In this document: positions 22,364 to 31,759 of the stretch, piece by piece
How the letters are laid out: every line of letters starts with the position of its first letter
How positions within the stretch are numbered: position 1 is the stretch's first letter
Source of the DNA: Candidatus Daviesbacteria bacterium RIFCSPHIGHO2_02_FULL_39_12
GTDB lineage: Bacteria; Patescibacteriota; Microgenomatia; Daviesbacterales; UBA10151
Reading direction: 5' to 3'
Length of the DNA: 46,903 nucleotides
NCBI GenBank assembly: GCA_001777055.1
Contig: MFCX01000036.1
Location: forward strand, 1-46,903
Notes under the pieces: model-generated
What the model saw: the letters and a program-made list of their open reading frames with translations, nothing else
Databases searched by the model: none
Told to the model about the DNA's origin: nothing
Position numbers and translations under genes: made by a program

Positions 22364-23215
22364 ATGAGCCATCTGCCTTTTACCATTCTTGCCTACTTTT
22401 TAAACAGCGTCTCGGTTACTACTAATAAGCTGCTTTTAAACAAAGCTATACCTGATCCTTTTTTATATATTTTTTATGTCAGTGTTTTCAGTTTAATTAT
22501 CTTGCCTGCCATAATTTTTATTCCAACTCCTACTCCTCAAGCTTTCCTGGCAGTTTCTTTGTCAACTATCCTTTGGACAATGGGAGCATATTTTATGTAC
22601 CGGGCGCTAAAGTTGGGACAAATGTCCAGAGTAATTCCGGTCATTGGCACGCTTATCTCTTTGATTTTACTTTTTGCAGCAGTCAAAACTGTAACTATTT
22701 CTCAAACTCAAACTTTGGCTGTAACCATCTTAATTTTTGGCATGATTGCCATTACTGTTTTTGACTGGACAGGAAAATTTAAAAGATTGGAGGCTGTTTT
22801 TGAAGTTATTTCTGCTGTATTTTTTGCCATTTCCTATATATTTTTGCGCCAAGCTTACACTTTAGGAAACTTTCTAACAATACTGGTTTGGGGTAGGGTA
22901 GTATTAGTACCCTTAGTTTTATATATCTTTTTAGCGCCGATTTTAAGAAAAAGGATAATCGGCAACCAGTTTAATATACGCCTGATCTTTTTTGGCGGAC
23001 AATTAGCAGGCGGAGCTTCGGAACTGCTGTTAACTTTTTCTATTTCTTTAGCCAATCCGGCTTTGGTTAATTCTCTACAGGGAGTTCAGTATGTATTTTT
23101 ACTGATTTTTGGCAAACCTTTAGGGGAAAAATATTCCAAATTGCAGCTTTTATCTAAAATTTTGGGAATAATCCTGATAGGAACAGGCCTTTATTTGCTG
23201 GCTGCAGCAGGATAA
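22364..23215 (+). CDS. EamA/DMT-family transporter
   Basis: About 10 predicted TM helices arranged in two similar halves. Typical size. Confidence 0.65.
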   Translation: MSHLPFTILAYFLNSVSVTTNKLLLNKAIPDPFLYIFYVSVFSLIILPAIIFIPTPTPQAFLAVSLSTILWTMGAYFMYRALKLGQMSRVIPVIGTLISLILLFAAVKTVTISQTQTLAVTILIFGMIAITVFDWTGKFKRLEAVFEVISAVFFAISYIFLRQAYTLGNFLTILVWGRVVLVPLVLYIFLAPILRKRIIGNQFNIRLIFFGGQLAGGASELLLTFSISLANPALVNSLQGVQYVFLLIFGKPLGEKYSKLQLLSKILGIILIGTGLYLLAAAG

Positions 23216-23255
23216 ATTTGCTATTGTATGGGTTCCTAAAAGTCAAATTCCCCTC

Positions 23256-23284
23256 TTGTGAGCTTAAATAAAATATCTTAGAAT
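23256..23284 (+). promoter_or_regulatory. Candidate promoter of the PBP1A gene
   Basis: TTGTGA (23256-23261), 17 nt, TAGAAT (23279-23284). Confidence 0.4.
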
Positions 23285-23322
23285 GACCTCAAAGCTCAAT
23301 CTTCGGTCCTAACCTCTTTTCT

Positions 23323-25524
23323 ATGGCTAAAGGACGCAGTGTAAAGCTAGTTAAAAAGCCCAATCTTTTAAAGCTTGTCTTCCTATTGCCTCAACTGGCC
23401 CTAATTAGAATCGGCCAAGTACCTTTGTTTATCGTATATCGTAGCTTCTTAAGGGGACGCGGCCGGCCCCGCAAGGCTTGGTTTCTTCCCTATTATCTTA
23501 CTAAGTGGCAAATCTTCATCAAAAGAAGGATTCCCAAAAAGGTAAAGGTGGCATTTGCCGGCGGTCTGTTTCTGGCTGCCCTATTTTTCTATACCCAGTT
23601 TATCTTTCTAACCGCCTATCAGTTGCCTACCCCGGCCAAACTCTCCTCCGGAAATATTCTGACAACAGAAGTTTTTGATAGAAACGGTAAATTGCTTTTC
23701 CGCTTTTACGAGGATAGGAACCGCAGCTTAGTCACCCTAAACGAGCTGCCAAAATATGTCATACAAGCTACCGTTGCAGCCGAGGACAAAAATTTTTACT
23801 CTCATATCGGCATTGATCCTTTGGCTATTATCCGCGCTATCATTGCCAATATTAAAAACCAAACTATGGAGGGCGCTTCCACTATTAGCCAACAGTTAAT
23901 TAAAAATACCTTGCTCACTCCGGAAAAAACCTACACCAGAAAGATCAAAGAAATAATTTTGGCCTTATGGGCAGAAAAACTTTACAGCAAAGATCAAATC
24001 CTGCAAATGTATTTGACGGAAGCTCCGTACGGCGGTCCGGCCTGGGGTATCGAGGCTGCTGCTCAAACTTACTTTGGCAAAAACAGCAGGGAATTAACTT
24101 TGGCTCAGGCCGCTTACTTAGCCGGGCTGCCTGCTTCTCCTACTCAATTCTCACCTTACGGCACAAATCCGGAACTTGGCAAAGAAAGACAAAAAGAGAT
24201 CTTAACAAGAATGGTTGAGGATAAATTTATTACTCAATATCAAGCTGATTTAGCCTATTTGGAAGATTTACACCTTCAGCCACAAATCAATAATATTAAA
24301 GCTGCTCATTTTGTGATGTATGTCAAAGATTTGCTCTCGCAAAAATACGGCCAACGGGTCGTTTCTCAGGGAGGGTTAAAGATCATTACTACCCTAGATT
24401 TAGATTTGCAAGAAGAGATTGAAAAGATTGTGGCTGATGAAACAAATAAATTAGGTAATCTGAATGTCAAAAATGCAGCAGCTATGGTAACTTATGCAAC
24501 CACAGGTCAAATCCTTGCTATGATCGGCAGTAAAGATTATCATCAGCCGGATTTTGGAGCCTTCAATGTAGCTGTCTCGCTTCGCCAGCCGGGCTCTTCT
24601 ATTAAAGTAGCCACATATGTAACTGCCTTCAAACAGGGTTTCAGCCCGGGCAATACTATTTTGGATGTGCCGGTCTCTTTCAGAGATGAATGGGGCACTG
24701 GTTATTCTCCTGTAAACTATGACGGGGCATATCACGGGGCAGTTTCGATCCGCCAAGCTTTGGGGTCCTCCTACAATATCCCTGCTGTAAAACTTTTGGC
24801 CACGGTGGGCTTGGATAATATGATACAAACTGCCAAAGATTTAGGTATCACCACTTTTACCGATCCCAAAAGATACGGGCTTTCTCTGACATTAGGAGCA
24901 GCTGAAGTGAAAATGACGGATATGATGACTGTTTACGGAACACTGTCTCAAATGGGCGCTAAAAGAATAGCTACTCCTATTTTGAAAGTTATTGATTCCA
25001 CAGGGAATATTCTGGAAGAGTACGAAGACCAGCCTAAACAGGTTATCCCTCAAGGCGTAGCTTATTTAGTCACCAACATCTTAACAGACAATAAAGCCAG
25101 AACTCCGGCTTTTGGAGACAAATCGCAACTTAAAATAGAAGGTAAGACAGTGGCAGTTAAAACCGGCACTTCAGACAATAAAAGGGACAACTGGACTTTC
25201 GGTTATACTCCGGAATATATCGTTGGAGTTTGGGTAGGCAATAATGATAATTCCCCCATGAACCCGTCTTTAACTTCCGGAGTGACCGGGGCTACTCCAA
25301 TTTGGCATCAAATCATGACACAGTTACTGGTAAATAAAACAGATATGGCCTTTGCCAGGCCGCCGGAAGTGATGGAAACAAGTATTGATGGCAGGAAAGA
25401 CTTAAGTCTGGCCAGTTTCCTGCCTAAAAGTTTAGTCAGAGTGATGCAAAAGGATGATAAGCTGCAGTTTAGCGACTCTTATTCTTCTTATGCCACCTCT
25501 GCTGCCCAGGCCGCTTTTCAGTAA
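23323..25524 (+). CDS. Class A penicillin-binding protein (glycosyltransferase GT51 plus transpeptidase)
   Basis: EDKNFYSHIGID, GASTISQQL, RKIKE (GT51 motifs). SSIK (SxxK), SYN (SxN), KTGT. Confidence 0.9.
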   Translation: MAKGRSVKLVKKPNLLKLVFLLPQLALIRIGQVPLFIVYRSFLRGRGRPRKAWFLPYYLTKWQIFIKRRIPKKVKVAFAGGLFLAALFFYTQFIFLTAYQLPTPAKLSSGNILTTEVFDRNGKLLFRFYEDRNRSLVTLNELPKYVIQATVAAEDKNFYSHIGIDPLAIIRAIIANIKNQTMEGASTISQQLIKNTLLTPEKTYTRKIKEIILALWAEKLYSKDQILQMYLTEAPYGGPAWGIEAAAQTYFGKNSRELTLAQAAYLAGLPASPTQFSPYGTNPELGKERQKEILTRMVEDKFITQYQADLAYLEDLHLQPQINNIKAAHFVMYVKDLLSQKYGQRVVSQGGLKIITTLDLDLQEEIEKIVADETNKLGNLNVKNAAAMVTYATTGQILAMIGSKDYHQPDFGAFNVAVSLRQPGSSIKVATYVTAFKQGFSPGNTILDVPVSFRDEWGTGYSPVNYDGAYHGAVSIRQALGSSYNIPAVKLLATVGLDNMIQTAKDLGITTFTDPKRYGLSLTLGAAEVKMTDMMTVYGTLSQMGAKRIATPILKVIDSTGNILEEYEDQPKQVIPQGVAYLVTNILTDNKARTPAFGDKSQLKIEGKTVAVKTGTSDNKRDNWTFGYTPEYIVGVWVGNNDNSPMNPSLTSGVTGATPIWHQIMTQLLVNKTDMAFARPPEVMETSIDGRKDLSLASFLPKSLVRVMQKDDKLQFSDSYSSYATSAAQAAFQ

Positions 25525-25717
25525 ATGGTTAATGATTGCTGGAAACTATCGGTTAGCCTGGATTTAAGTTCTTTCCTGTAAATGTCAATGTTTGTAAAAA
25601 CGTTTACTACTGCTGTTTTAAACTCAGGGAAGGTTTCATTGATTAGTGATGACCAAAAATCTCATGGGCAGGTAAGAGACGGAAGTGTCATCATGATTTA
25701 AAGATTACCGGTAAAAC

Positions 25718-26107
25718 TTAGTCCAACACCACCCAACCTCTTAAGTCTTTTTTAGTCAATTTAATAGGCGAGGTGATAAACCTTGAGGAATTGCCTATAA
25801 AGATTAACGTCCCGTATCTGGAGGTTTTTTTAGAAATCCAATAATCATTTGCCTGTCCGATCGGACCATTATATGTTTTTTTAATCTCTTCCAAATCCTC
25901 TGCTTCAAGCCCGTCATAAAAGATTACTTTTTTTACCCTGAACTGGCCGATTATATCTTTGCCGGAGGGCTTTATATACACCAAATCCCCGGCTGAAATT
26001 ACTCCAAAAGGAGACAGCTTGGCTTTGGAAAACCTGCTTTCAATGGTTTTTTCACCGGATAGTATTTTTTCTGCCCCATCACCCTTAAAAATTGCCAGGT
26101 GTTTCAT
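25718..26107 (-). CDS. ASCH domain protein
   Basis: MKHLAIFKGDGAEKILSGEKTIESRFSKAKLSPFG..GDLVYIK matches the ASCH-fold N-terminal pattern. Confidence 0.65.
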   Translation of the reverse strand: MKHLAIFKGDGAEKILSGEKTIESRFSKAKLSPFGVISAGDLVYIKPSGKDIIGQFRVKKVIFYDGLEAEDLEEIKKTYNGPIGQANDYWISKKTSRYGTLIFIGNSSRFITSPIKLTKKDLRGWVVLD

Positions 26108-26289
26108 ATAAAAAGGATTATACCACCTGAACCTATCCTGCTAAGATTAGGCTTGTGCCAAAATTGCGAAACGAATTATTTCTTCCCAGTCGATTTGTCA
26201 CCTTAAGTACATATTGCCACCTTGATATTTCCTATATATGTTTGTTATACTTAATATAATCAGTCAGGATGATTGTATCTTGACAAATG

Positions 26290-26313
26290 GGGTCTAAATA
26301 TAGACCCTTTTTT
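26290..26313 (+). terminator. Intrinsic terminator-like hairpin 23 nt upstream of secE
   Basis: gggtcta-aata-tagaccc followed by tttttt (26308-26313). Confidence 0.55.
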
Positions 26314-26336
26314 AGTGGTAATGCCAGACTCTAGCT

Positions 26337-26522
26337 ATGAATCAAGCGATCAACTTTTTTAAGGAGGTTTACCAAGAGTTAGTAAAAGTTGCCTGGCCCA
26401 CGCGCGAGCAAATTATCAGGTATACTATTTTAGTAATCCTGGTAGCTGTGGCAGTAGGGCTTTTTTTGGGAGGTTTGGATTATGTGCTAACCCTTATGAC
26501 AAGTTTTTTATTACGTAAGTAA
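26337..26522 (+). CDS. secE: Preprotein translocase subunit SecE
   Basis: 61 aa, FFKEVYQELVKVAWPTREQ followed by a single TM. secE-nusG-rplK-rplA synteny. Confidence 0.85.
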   Translation: MNQAINFFKEVYQELVKVAWPTREQIIRYTILVILVAVAVGLFLGGLDYVLTLMTSFLLRK

Positions 26523-26552
26523 GAAACTTGTTTATTAAATAAGCAATAAACT

Positions 26553-27143
26553 ATGGATGATAACAAACAGACAAAACAGACAATCAATCCTCTACCATCT
26601 ATCGTCAAATCCAACAATCCCAATGCCCGTTGGTATGTGGTTCATACTTACTCCGGCCATGAAAATAAAGTGGCTGTCACTTTAAAGCAAAGAATTGAAT
26701 CAGAGCACTTGGAAGAGAAAATTTTGGATGTACTGGTGCCAATGCAGGATAAAATTGAAATAAAAGGCGGCAAAAAATTATCAGTTAAAGAAAAAATCTT
26801 TCCCGGATATATTTTAGTGAAAATAGCGCTGGATGATGCTTCCTGGCTGGCTGTGAGAACTACCCAGGGAGTAACTTCATTTGTAGGCATGGGCAATAAG
26901 CCTACTCCTATTTCCGATGCCGAGGTTGCAACCATTGTCAAATTTACTCAAAGCGAAACCCCTGTTTATAAACAGGTATTTGGGGTTTCGGACACTGTTA
27001 AGATTGTGGATGGGCCATTTTCAGACTTTATCGGCAAAGTTGACAATGTGGATGAAGAAAGAGGTAAGGTAAAGGTGCTGGTGTCTATATTCGGCAGAGA
27101 AACACCGGTGGAATTAGATTTCCTGCAAGTGCAGAAAATATAA
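26553..27143 (+). CDS. nusG: Transcription termination/antitermination factor NusG
   Basis: [17 protein letters not shown] start, FPGYILVK, C-terminal KOW ([15 protein letters not shown]). Confidence 0.9.
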   Translation: MDDNKQTKQTINPLPSIVKSNNPNARWYVVHTYSGHENKVAVTLKQRIESEHLEEKILDVLVPMQDKIEIKGGKKLSVKEKIFPGYILVKIALDDASWLAVRTTQGVTSFVGMGNKPTPISDAEVATIVKFTQSETPVYKQVFGVSDTVKIVDGPFSDFIGKVDNVDEERGKVKVLVSIFGRETPVELDFLQVQKI

Positions 27144-27174
27144 CAGTTATAATAATTATAAAAATTATATTAAT

Positions 27175-27603
27175 ATGGCCCAGAAAAAAATAAAAACTTT
27201 TATTAAACTAAACATCCCGGCAGCTACGGCTACTGCTGCTCCTCCGGTGGGACCGGCCTTAGGCCAGCATGGCTTACCTATTATGGAGTTTGTTAAAGCT
27301 TTTAATGAAAAAACCAAAAGTAAAACCGGTAATATTTTGCCGGTAGTAATCACAGTATATGAGGACAGAACGTTTTCATTTATTACCAAAGAGCCGCCTG
27401 TAGCTGAGATGATCAAAAAGACTTTAAGTTTAGAAAAAGGTTCAGGTACTGCTTTAAAAGAACCTGTGGGTACTCTAACCAAAGCTCAGGTGGAACAAAT
27501 TGCCAAAGCCAAGATGCCGGATTTGAATGCAAATTCAGTTGAAGCTGCCATGAAAATTGTAGAGGGAACAGCTCGTTCTATGGGCGTCAAAATAACCACC
27601 TAA
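27175..27603 (+). CDS. rplK: Ribosomal protein L11
   Basis: [22 protein letters not shown] is canonical L11. Confidence 0.95.
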   Translation: MAQKKIKTFIKLNIPAATATAAPPVGPALGQHGLPIMEFVKAFNEKTKSKTGNILPVVITVYEDRTFSFITKEPPVAEMIKKTLSLEKGSGTALKEPVGTLTKAQVEQIAKAKMPDLNANSVEAAMKIVEGTARSMGVKITT

Positions 27604-27606
27604 CCT

Positions 27607-28497
27607 ATGGGTAAAACAAAGACTAAATTAATAGATGATTCAAAGTCAAAGGCTGAAGTCAAAGGTCAAACTTCCCTTCGGGGGCCCGAAGTCAAAAGTG
27701 TAGAAAACAAAAAAGCATCCAGACCTAAAGATGAGCTGGTGGAAAAACTGAAAGCTGAGCTGGGGATAGAAGAAACTTCCTCTCACCCTTCGACTGACGC
27801 TCAGGGTCCTCGCAATGACAAAAAAGGGCCGGTGCAAAAATCAAAGCCCCGTTCTAAAAAATATCAGGAACTAGTCAAAGATTTAGACAAATCCAAGACA
27901 TATCCTTTAAATGAGGCTGTAGAAACTGCTAAAAAGCTCTCTTACACTAAATTTACAGGCACGCTTGAAGCTCATATTAATACTTATAATACAGGCATCA
28001 GAGGCTTAGTCTCGTTTCCTTTCGCTTTAGGCAAAAAATTACACATCCTGGTTTTTGGAGCCAACACCTCGAAGGAGTCAGAACTCACCTTTAAGGTGAA
28101 TGGTGTTACTCTTGGCGATGATGCTGCCATTGAAGAAATTAACAAAGGCAAAATTAATTTTGATTTAGTAATCACTACACCTGAATGGATGCCAAAGCTT
28201 GCTAAAGTTGCAAAGAATTTAGGCCCAAGGGGTTTAATGCCCAACCCAAAAAGCGGGACAATTACAACAGACCTCAAAAAAGCTGTAGAAAGCTTTCAGG
28301 CAGGTAAGACAGAATATAAAACAGAACCAAAGGCAAAAGTTATGCACTTAGCCTTAGGCAAGTTAGATCAGTCAACAGAAGAATTATCAGCCAATATAAA
28401 AGCCTTGCTACAGGTACTTGGTAAAACCCGGGTCAAAAAAATAACTCTCTCCCCAACCATGGGCCCCGGAGTTAAAGTAGATTTAGCCAGTATATAG
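27607..28497 (+). CDS. rplA: Ribosomal protein L1 with ~80-aa N-terminal low-complexity extension
   Basis: Conserved part from KKYQELVK..: FDLVITTPEWMPKLAKVAKNLGPRGLMPNPKSGT, GKTEYKTE. The extension is built from repeat words and a CGTCATTGCGAG-family element. Confidence 0.9.
   Translation: MGKTKTKLIDDSKSKAEVKGQTSLRGPEVKSVENKKASRPKDELVEKLKAELGIEETSSHPSTDAQGPRNDKKGPVQKSKPRSKKYQELVKDLDKSKTYPLNEAVETAKKLSYTKFTGTLEAHINTYNTGIRGLVSFPFALGKKLHILVFGANTSKESELTFKVNGVTLGDDAAIEEINKGKINFDLVITTPEWMPKLAKVAKNLGPRGLMPNPKSGTITTDLKKAVESFQAGKTEYKTEPKAKVMHLALGKLDQSTEELSANIKALLQVLGKTRVKKITLSPTMGPGVKVDLASI
28180..28244 (+). repeat. Left copy of a 65-nt near-identical direct repeat (inside rplA)
   Basis: cctgaatggatgccaaagcttgctaaagttgcaaagaatttaggcccaag (50/50 identical to 31829-31878), one mismatch, then ggtttaatgcccaa (14/14). 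Confidence 0.85.
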
Positions 28498-28505
28498 TTA
28501 CCTAA

Positions 28506-28535
28506 TTGACAGCTCGACTAAACTAGTGGTACATT
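28506..28535 (+). promoter_or_regulatory. Extended -10 promoter of the inserted operon
   Basis: TTGACA (28506-28511), 18 nt, TGg-TACATT (28527-28535). The ATG at 28550 follows after ~14 nt. Confidence 0.5.
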
Positions 28536-28549
28536 ATTTTTTTTCCAAG

Positions 28550-30808
28550 ATGGGCAGAGAGCAAGATACTTTGGTATCAGGTTCGATTATTAATTTACCT
28601 CCTTTAGTCGATCTTCATGATCCCCGTTTACCCGGAGCCTTTAAGGGTTGGACAGATTTTAGTTTGAATCACGCCCGACAACTTAGCGGAATAGGTATAA
28701 TGAAACCAAGGCAAGTTGTTGACCTGGCACAAGAATTTTCAGGTACGATTAGTAAAGCAATTGGGGTTGGAATCGAGAGGAGTGGTCTTGCTTCTATCAG
28801 CGAAGATAAGTTGGTACAATTAACAAACATCGTTTCAGGCACGGGAAACAGGGTTATTTTTATGCGGCATGGCGAACAAAGCCCTCCCGAGTGGATATCC
28901 TCTTTAGCAAATCCGGCTTTACAAAAAATACGGATGATGAGGGATCTTTTTAACAGGCAGGATTTTTTGACAAATAACGGTTTAATAGATGTATTTGTTA
29001 CAGCCTTAGCTTTGCTGCATGTTCAAACCTCGACAGGTAAGAGAACTCGGATTTATTCTTCTGAAAACATAAGAGCAAAAAAAACAGCATATATAATTTC
29101 TACAGTTATTTCTGGTTCCACTGTATCAACTCTGGAAGGGTTAAATTGTGTCACCTATAAGGATGAAGTTGATCAGCCTCCTGTGACTGAAGAAGACTTA
29201 TTGACTGATTTACCTTTAGGTACGATGCCATGGAGTCCCCAGTTGGTGGATAAATTATGTAAAAGACCAAAAAGCGGCATGAGCCAGTCAGAAGCAATAA
29301 TCAATACAATTGGCGGGTTAGTTGAGTACGCGGATAGAAAAAATGGTAATAAATTAGCGATAGTGGTGACACACAACCAACAGGTTGCAGAGGTTTTAAG
29401 AGAAGCTGGGAAACTGGAAGACTCTGCCGTGCGTTTTCCCGAGCTGACAATGCTTATTGCACAAAATAAGAATGATCTTTTTGTTTTGGAAAAAGGCGTT
29501 TTATCTGAAAGGTCGAGCCGTCAACCTAAAACAGAAAGGAGCATGAGGAAGGTATTGGAGGTCTTCGGAGATGGTTATGAGTGGTATAAGATACGGCGAG
29601 CAGAATATCAGACAGAACAAAAGATTCCTTTCCGGGTATCTCCTTTTCCTCTGGATCTATCCCCTCAAGAAACCCAGGAATTATTGAGGATAGGTAGGGA
29701 TATTGTGGAATTTATAGATGCAGCAGATGAATTATACAGAACAGATGGTGATTTAAAGAAATTGCTTGATAGAGGAAAACCCGATTTGCTTAAGACAGGA
29801 AGATTGGCACATTACCTTTTTGTCAGACCGGATGTAATTATTACTCAAGAAGGGTTCTCTGTTTGCGAGATTGAAACGTCTCCATTTGGATTGGCTTTGG
29901 CAGAATTATTAAACAGGGCATACAGGTTTGCCGGTTTTGAGACTTTAATACCAGATGATATGTTAACAAAATTTATGAGAGAACATACTCCAGATAGAGG
30001 AAACTTAGTTTATAGTCAACATACTGCTTCTTATTCCGGACAACTACAGTTTCTGGCAGATAAAGTACTTTCTGGTAATGACAGGAGATGGAGTGTTGAG
30101 CAAGCTGGTTCTGTTTTGGATATGACTTCTCCTGCATTATACAGAGCGTTTTACCAGCATGAATGTTTAGATGATCCTGCTGTTGATAATATTATGCAAT
30201 TCTATGCCGGAAGGCAAACCCCAGAAGTTATTCCGTCATTCACGCCTCACATGGAAGAGAAGGCACTACTAGCCTTAATTTGGGATAAAAGATGGGAAGA
30301 ATTTTTTGTAAAGCAATTAGGAATTTCCTCTGTTGAGCATTTGAGAAAAGTGATACCTCCGACTTGGATTGTAGGACAAGAGCGGTTTTTCCTTCCTGGT
30401 TTACCAGATGGGGTTGAGTCAACCGAGGGATTGGCTTTGCTCTTTAAATCAAAGCGTAATTTTGTTTTGAAACAATCAGGTTTCGGCAGCGGTGGTTCTT
30501 GGGCAGAAGGAGTAAGTTTTCTGCAGGAGAAATCTGTCGTCAAGGCACAGGAACTCCTACATAATGCTGTAGAAGATTCATCCTCTTTGTATGTAATCCA
30601 GGAATTTAGGAAAGCAGAGGAACGAAGGATGTTTGATGAAGGAGATGGTTCTCTGTTAACAGAAATGTCTGCTAGGATTAGGCTTACTCCTTATTTTTCA
30701 ATGGTAGAAAGGAATTATGGACAATTGATAGCAATTAAAGCTACCGGTTGCGAAAAGACAAATTATATCCATGCATCTACTGGAAGTATAAATACGGCAG
30801 TTGCCTAA
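28550..30808 (+). CDS. Fusion protein: histidine-phosphatase (PGAM-like) N-domain plus ATP-grasp-like ligase C-domain
   Basis: N-half: VIFMRHGEQS (RHG motif), SSENIRAKKTA, AIVVTHNQQV (second His). C-half: HYLFVRPDVIITQEGFSVCEIETSPFG, FVLKQSGFGSGGSW, YVIQEF, resembling eukaryotic-type GSH synthetase or circularly permuted ATP-grasp folds. The GTG at 28526 lies inside the promoter, so ATG 28550 is preferred. Confidence 0.6.
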   Translation: MGREQDTLVSGSIINLPPLVDLHDPRLPGAFKGWTDFSLNHARQLSGIGIMKPRQVVDLAQEFSGTISKAIGVGIERSGLASISEDKLVQLTNIVSGTGNRVIFMRHGEQSPPEWISSLANPALQKIRMMRDLFNRQDFLTNNGLIDVFVTALALLHVQTSTGKRTRIYSSENIRAKKTAYIISTVISGSTVSTLEGLNCVTYKDEVDQPPVTEEDLLTDLPLGTMPWSPQLVDKLCKRPKSGMSQSEAIINTIGGLVEYADRKNGNKLAIVVTHNQQVAEVLREAGKLEDSAVRFPELTMLIAQNKNDLFVLEKGVLSERSSRQPKTERSMRKVLEVFGDGYEWYKIRRAEYQTEQKIPFRVSPFPLDLSPQETQELLRIGRDIVEFIDAADELYRTDGDLKKLLDRGKPDLLKTGRLAHYLFVRPDVIITQEGFSVCEIETSPFGLALAELLNRAYRFAGFETLIPDDMLTKFMREHTPDRGNLVYSQHTASYSGQLQFLADKVLSGNDRRWSVEQAGSVLDMTSPALYRAFYQHECLDDPAVDNIMQFYAGRQTPEVIPSFTPHMEEKALLALIWDKRWEEFFVKQLGISSVEHLRKVIPPTWIVGQERFFLPGLPDGVESTEGLALLFKSKRNFVLKQSGFGSGGSWAEGVSFLQEKSVVKAQELLHNAVEDSSSLYVIQEFRKAEERRMFDEGDGSLLTEMSARIRLTPYFSMVERNYGQLIAIKATGCEKTNYIHASTGSINTAVA

Positions 30809-30810
30809 CT

Positions 30811-31260
30811 ATGTTTGACACAATAATTTTTGACTGGAAAAGGACTTTGTATGATCCCGACCGACAGGTTTTGATTGGTGGTGCAATGGAGCTTTTGGAT
30901 TTAATAAAAAGTAAAAATCTTCTCATGGTTTTAATTGGTAAAGGTGGGGAGGATATGAAGCAGGAGGTGAAACGCTTGAAGATAAGTAAGTATTTCACAC
31001 ATATTGTGTTTGCAGAAGGTGAAAAAGATCCTCAGGTATTTCTGCCTTATATATCAAAAAATAATCCTAAAGAAACTATTTTTATTGGAGATAGAATTAG
31101 GTCAGAATTAGCAATTGGAAAAAACTTAGGTGCAACTACTATCTGGATCAAACAAGGCAAATTTGCTGTAGAAGAACCGGAAAATAACGATCAGGAACCT
31201 GATTATATTGTTTCATCCCTAAAAGATTGCTTAAAGTTAATTTCAGGGTTAGTGGTATAG
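30811..31260 (+). CDS. HAD-superfamily hydrolase-like protein with atypical motif I
   Basis: MFDTIIFDWKRTLYD (D-x-K-x-T instead of D-x-D-x-T), motif IV FIGDRIRSEL. The ATG is 2 nt after the upstream stop. Confidence 0.65.
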   Translation: MFDTIIFDWKRTLYDPDRQVLIGGAMELLDLIKSKNLLMVLIGKGGEDMKQEVKRLKISKYFTHIVFAEGEKDPQVFLPYISKNNPKETIFIGDRIRSELAIGKNLGATTIWIKQGKFAVEEPENNDQEPDYIVSSLKDCLKLISGLVV

Positions 31261-31457
31261 GCATAAACATGAGGAGAATTTATAAATAATAAAGTAAGGA
31301 TTAAGGAAAAAATTAATACAATTGTTATCCCATACTTGATAGGGAATCCATAAATATGCAATAATTTTTTAGCCTCCGTGATACAGATTATTTTGTGGTA
31401 TATTGATAACAATTCTGTGTGAGGCGATATAGATAGTTTGCTGTCTACCGTAACACT

Positions 31458-31483
31458 AAAACCATCCGTAAGGGTGGTTTTTT
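31458..31483 (+). terminator. Intrinsic terminator downstream of the inserted operon
   Basis: aaaccatcc-gtaa-gggtggttt followed by a T run (31478-31483). One G-U pair in the stem. Confidence 0.65.
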
Positions 31484-31545
31484 GGTGGAATTCCAGGCTG
31501 CTATTTACTAGAGAATCGTATATACTGCCAAATACCTGTATTCCC

Positions 31546-31759
31546 CTAATCTCCCTTCCTTACCTTACGCCACACCTGGCCCAGGTCAAACTTCAGTAAA
31601 TATAGCGAGGTTATACCAAAGACCAACAAGCAAACAGTAGTTATAATATGCATCAAGACTGTTGCAGCTGAAGCCAGGTTTGACTCCAAACCCAATACTC
31701 CTCCAAAAACCGCCAACCCCGAAACCTCGGCAGAGCCCACATAACCCGGAGCAGATATT
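31546..31759 (-). pseudogene. 3' fragment of a UPF0104/LPG-synthase-TM-like membrane protein gene
   Basis: ISAPGYVGSAEVSGLAVFGGVLGLESNLASAATVLMHIITTVCLLVFGITSLYLLKF..* resembles the C-terminus of flippase-like UPF0104 proteins. The 5' part is missing and the fragment abuts the rplA fragment at ~31760. Confidence 0.4.

Noticed and set aside
31203-31412. 69-aa minus-strand ORF with one hydrophobic segment
   Set aside because: It overlaps the HAD gene 3' end by 58 nt in convergent orientation and has no recognisable start context. There is not enough support to call it a gene.
31399-31483. Separate small RNA between a TGg-TATATT extended -10 (31396-31404) and the terminator at 31458-31483
   Set aside because: The -35 is poor, and the terminator is adequately explained as the end of the upstream two-gene operon. 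It is kept only as a terminator.
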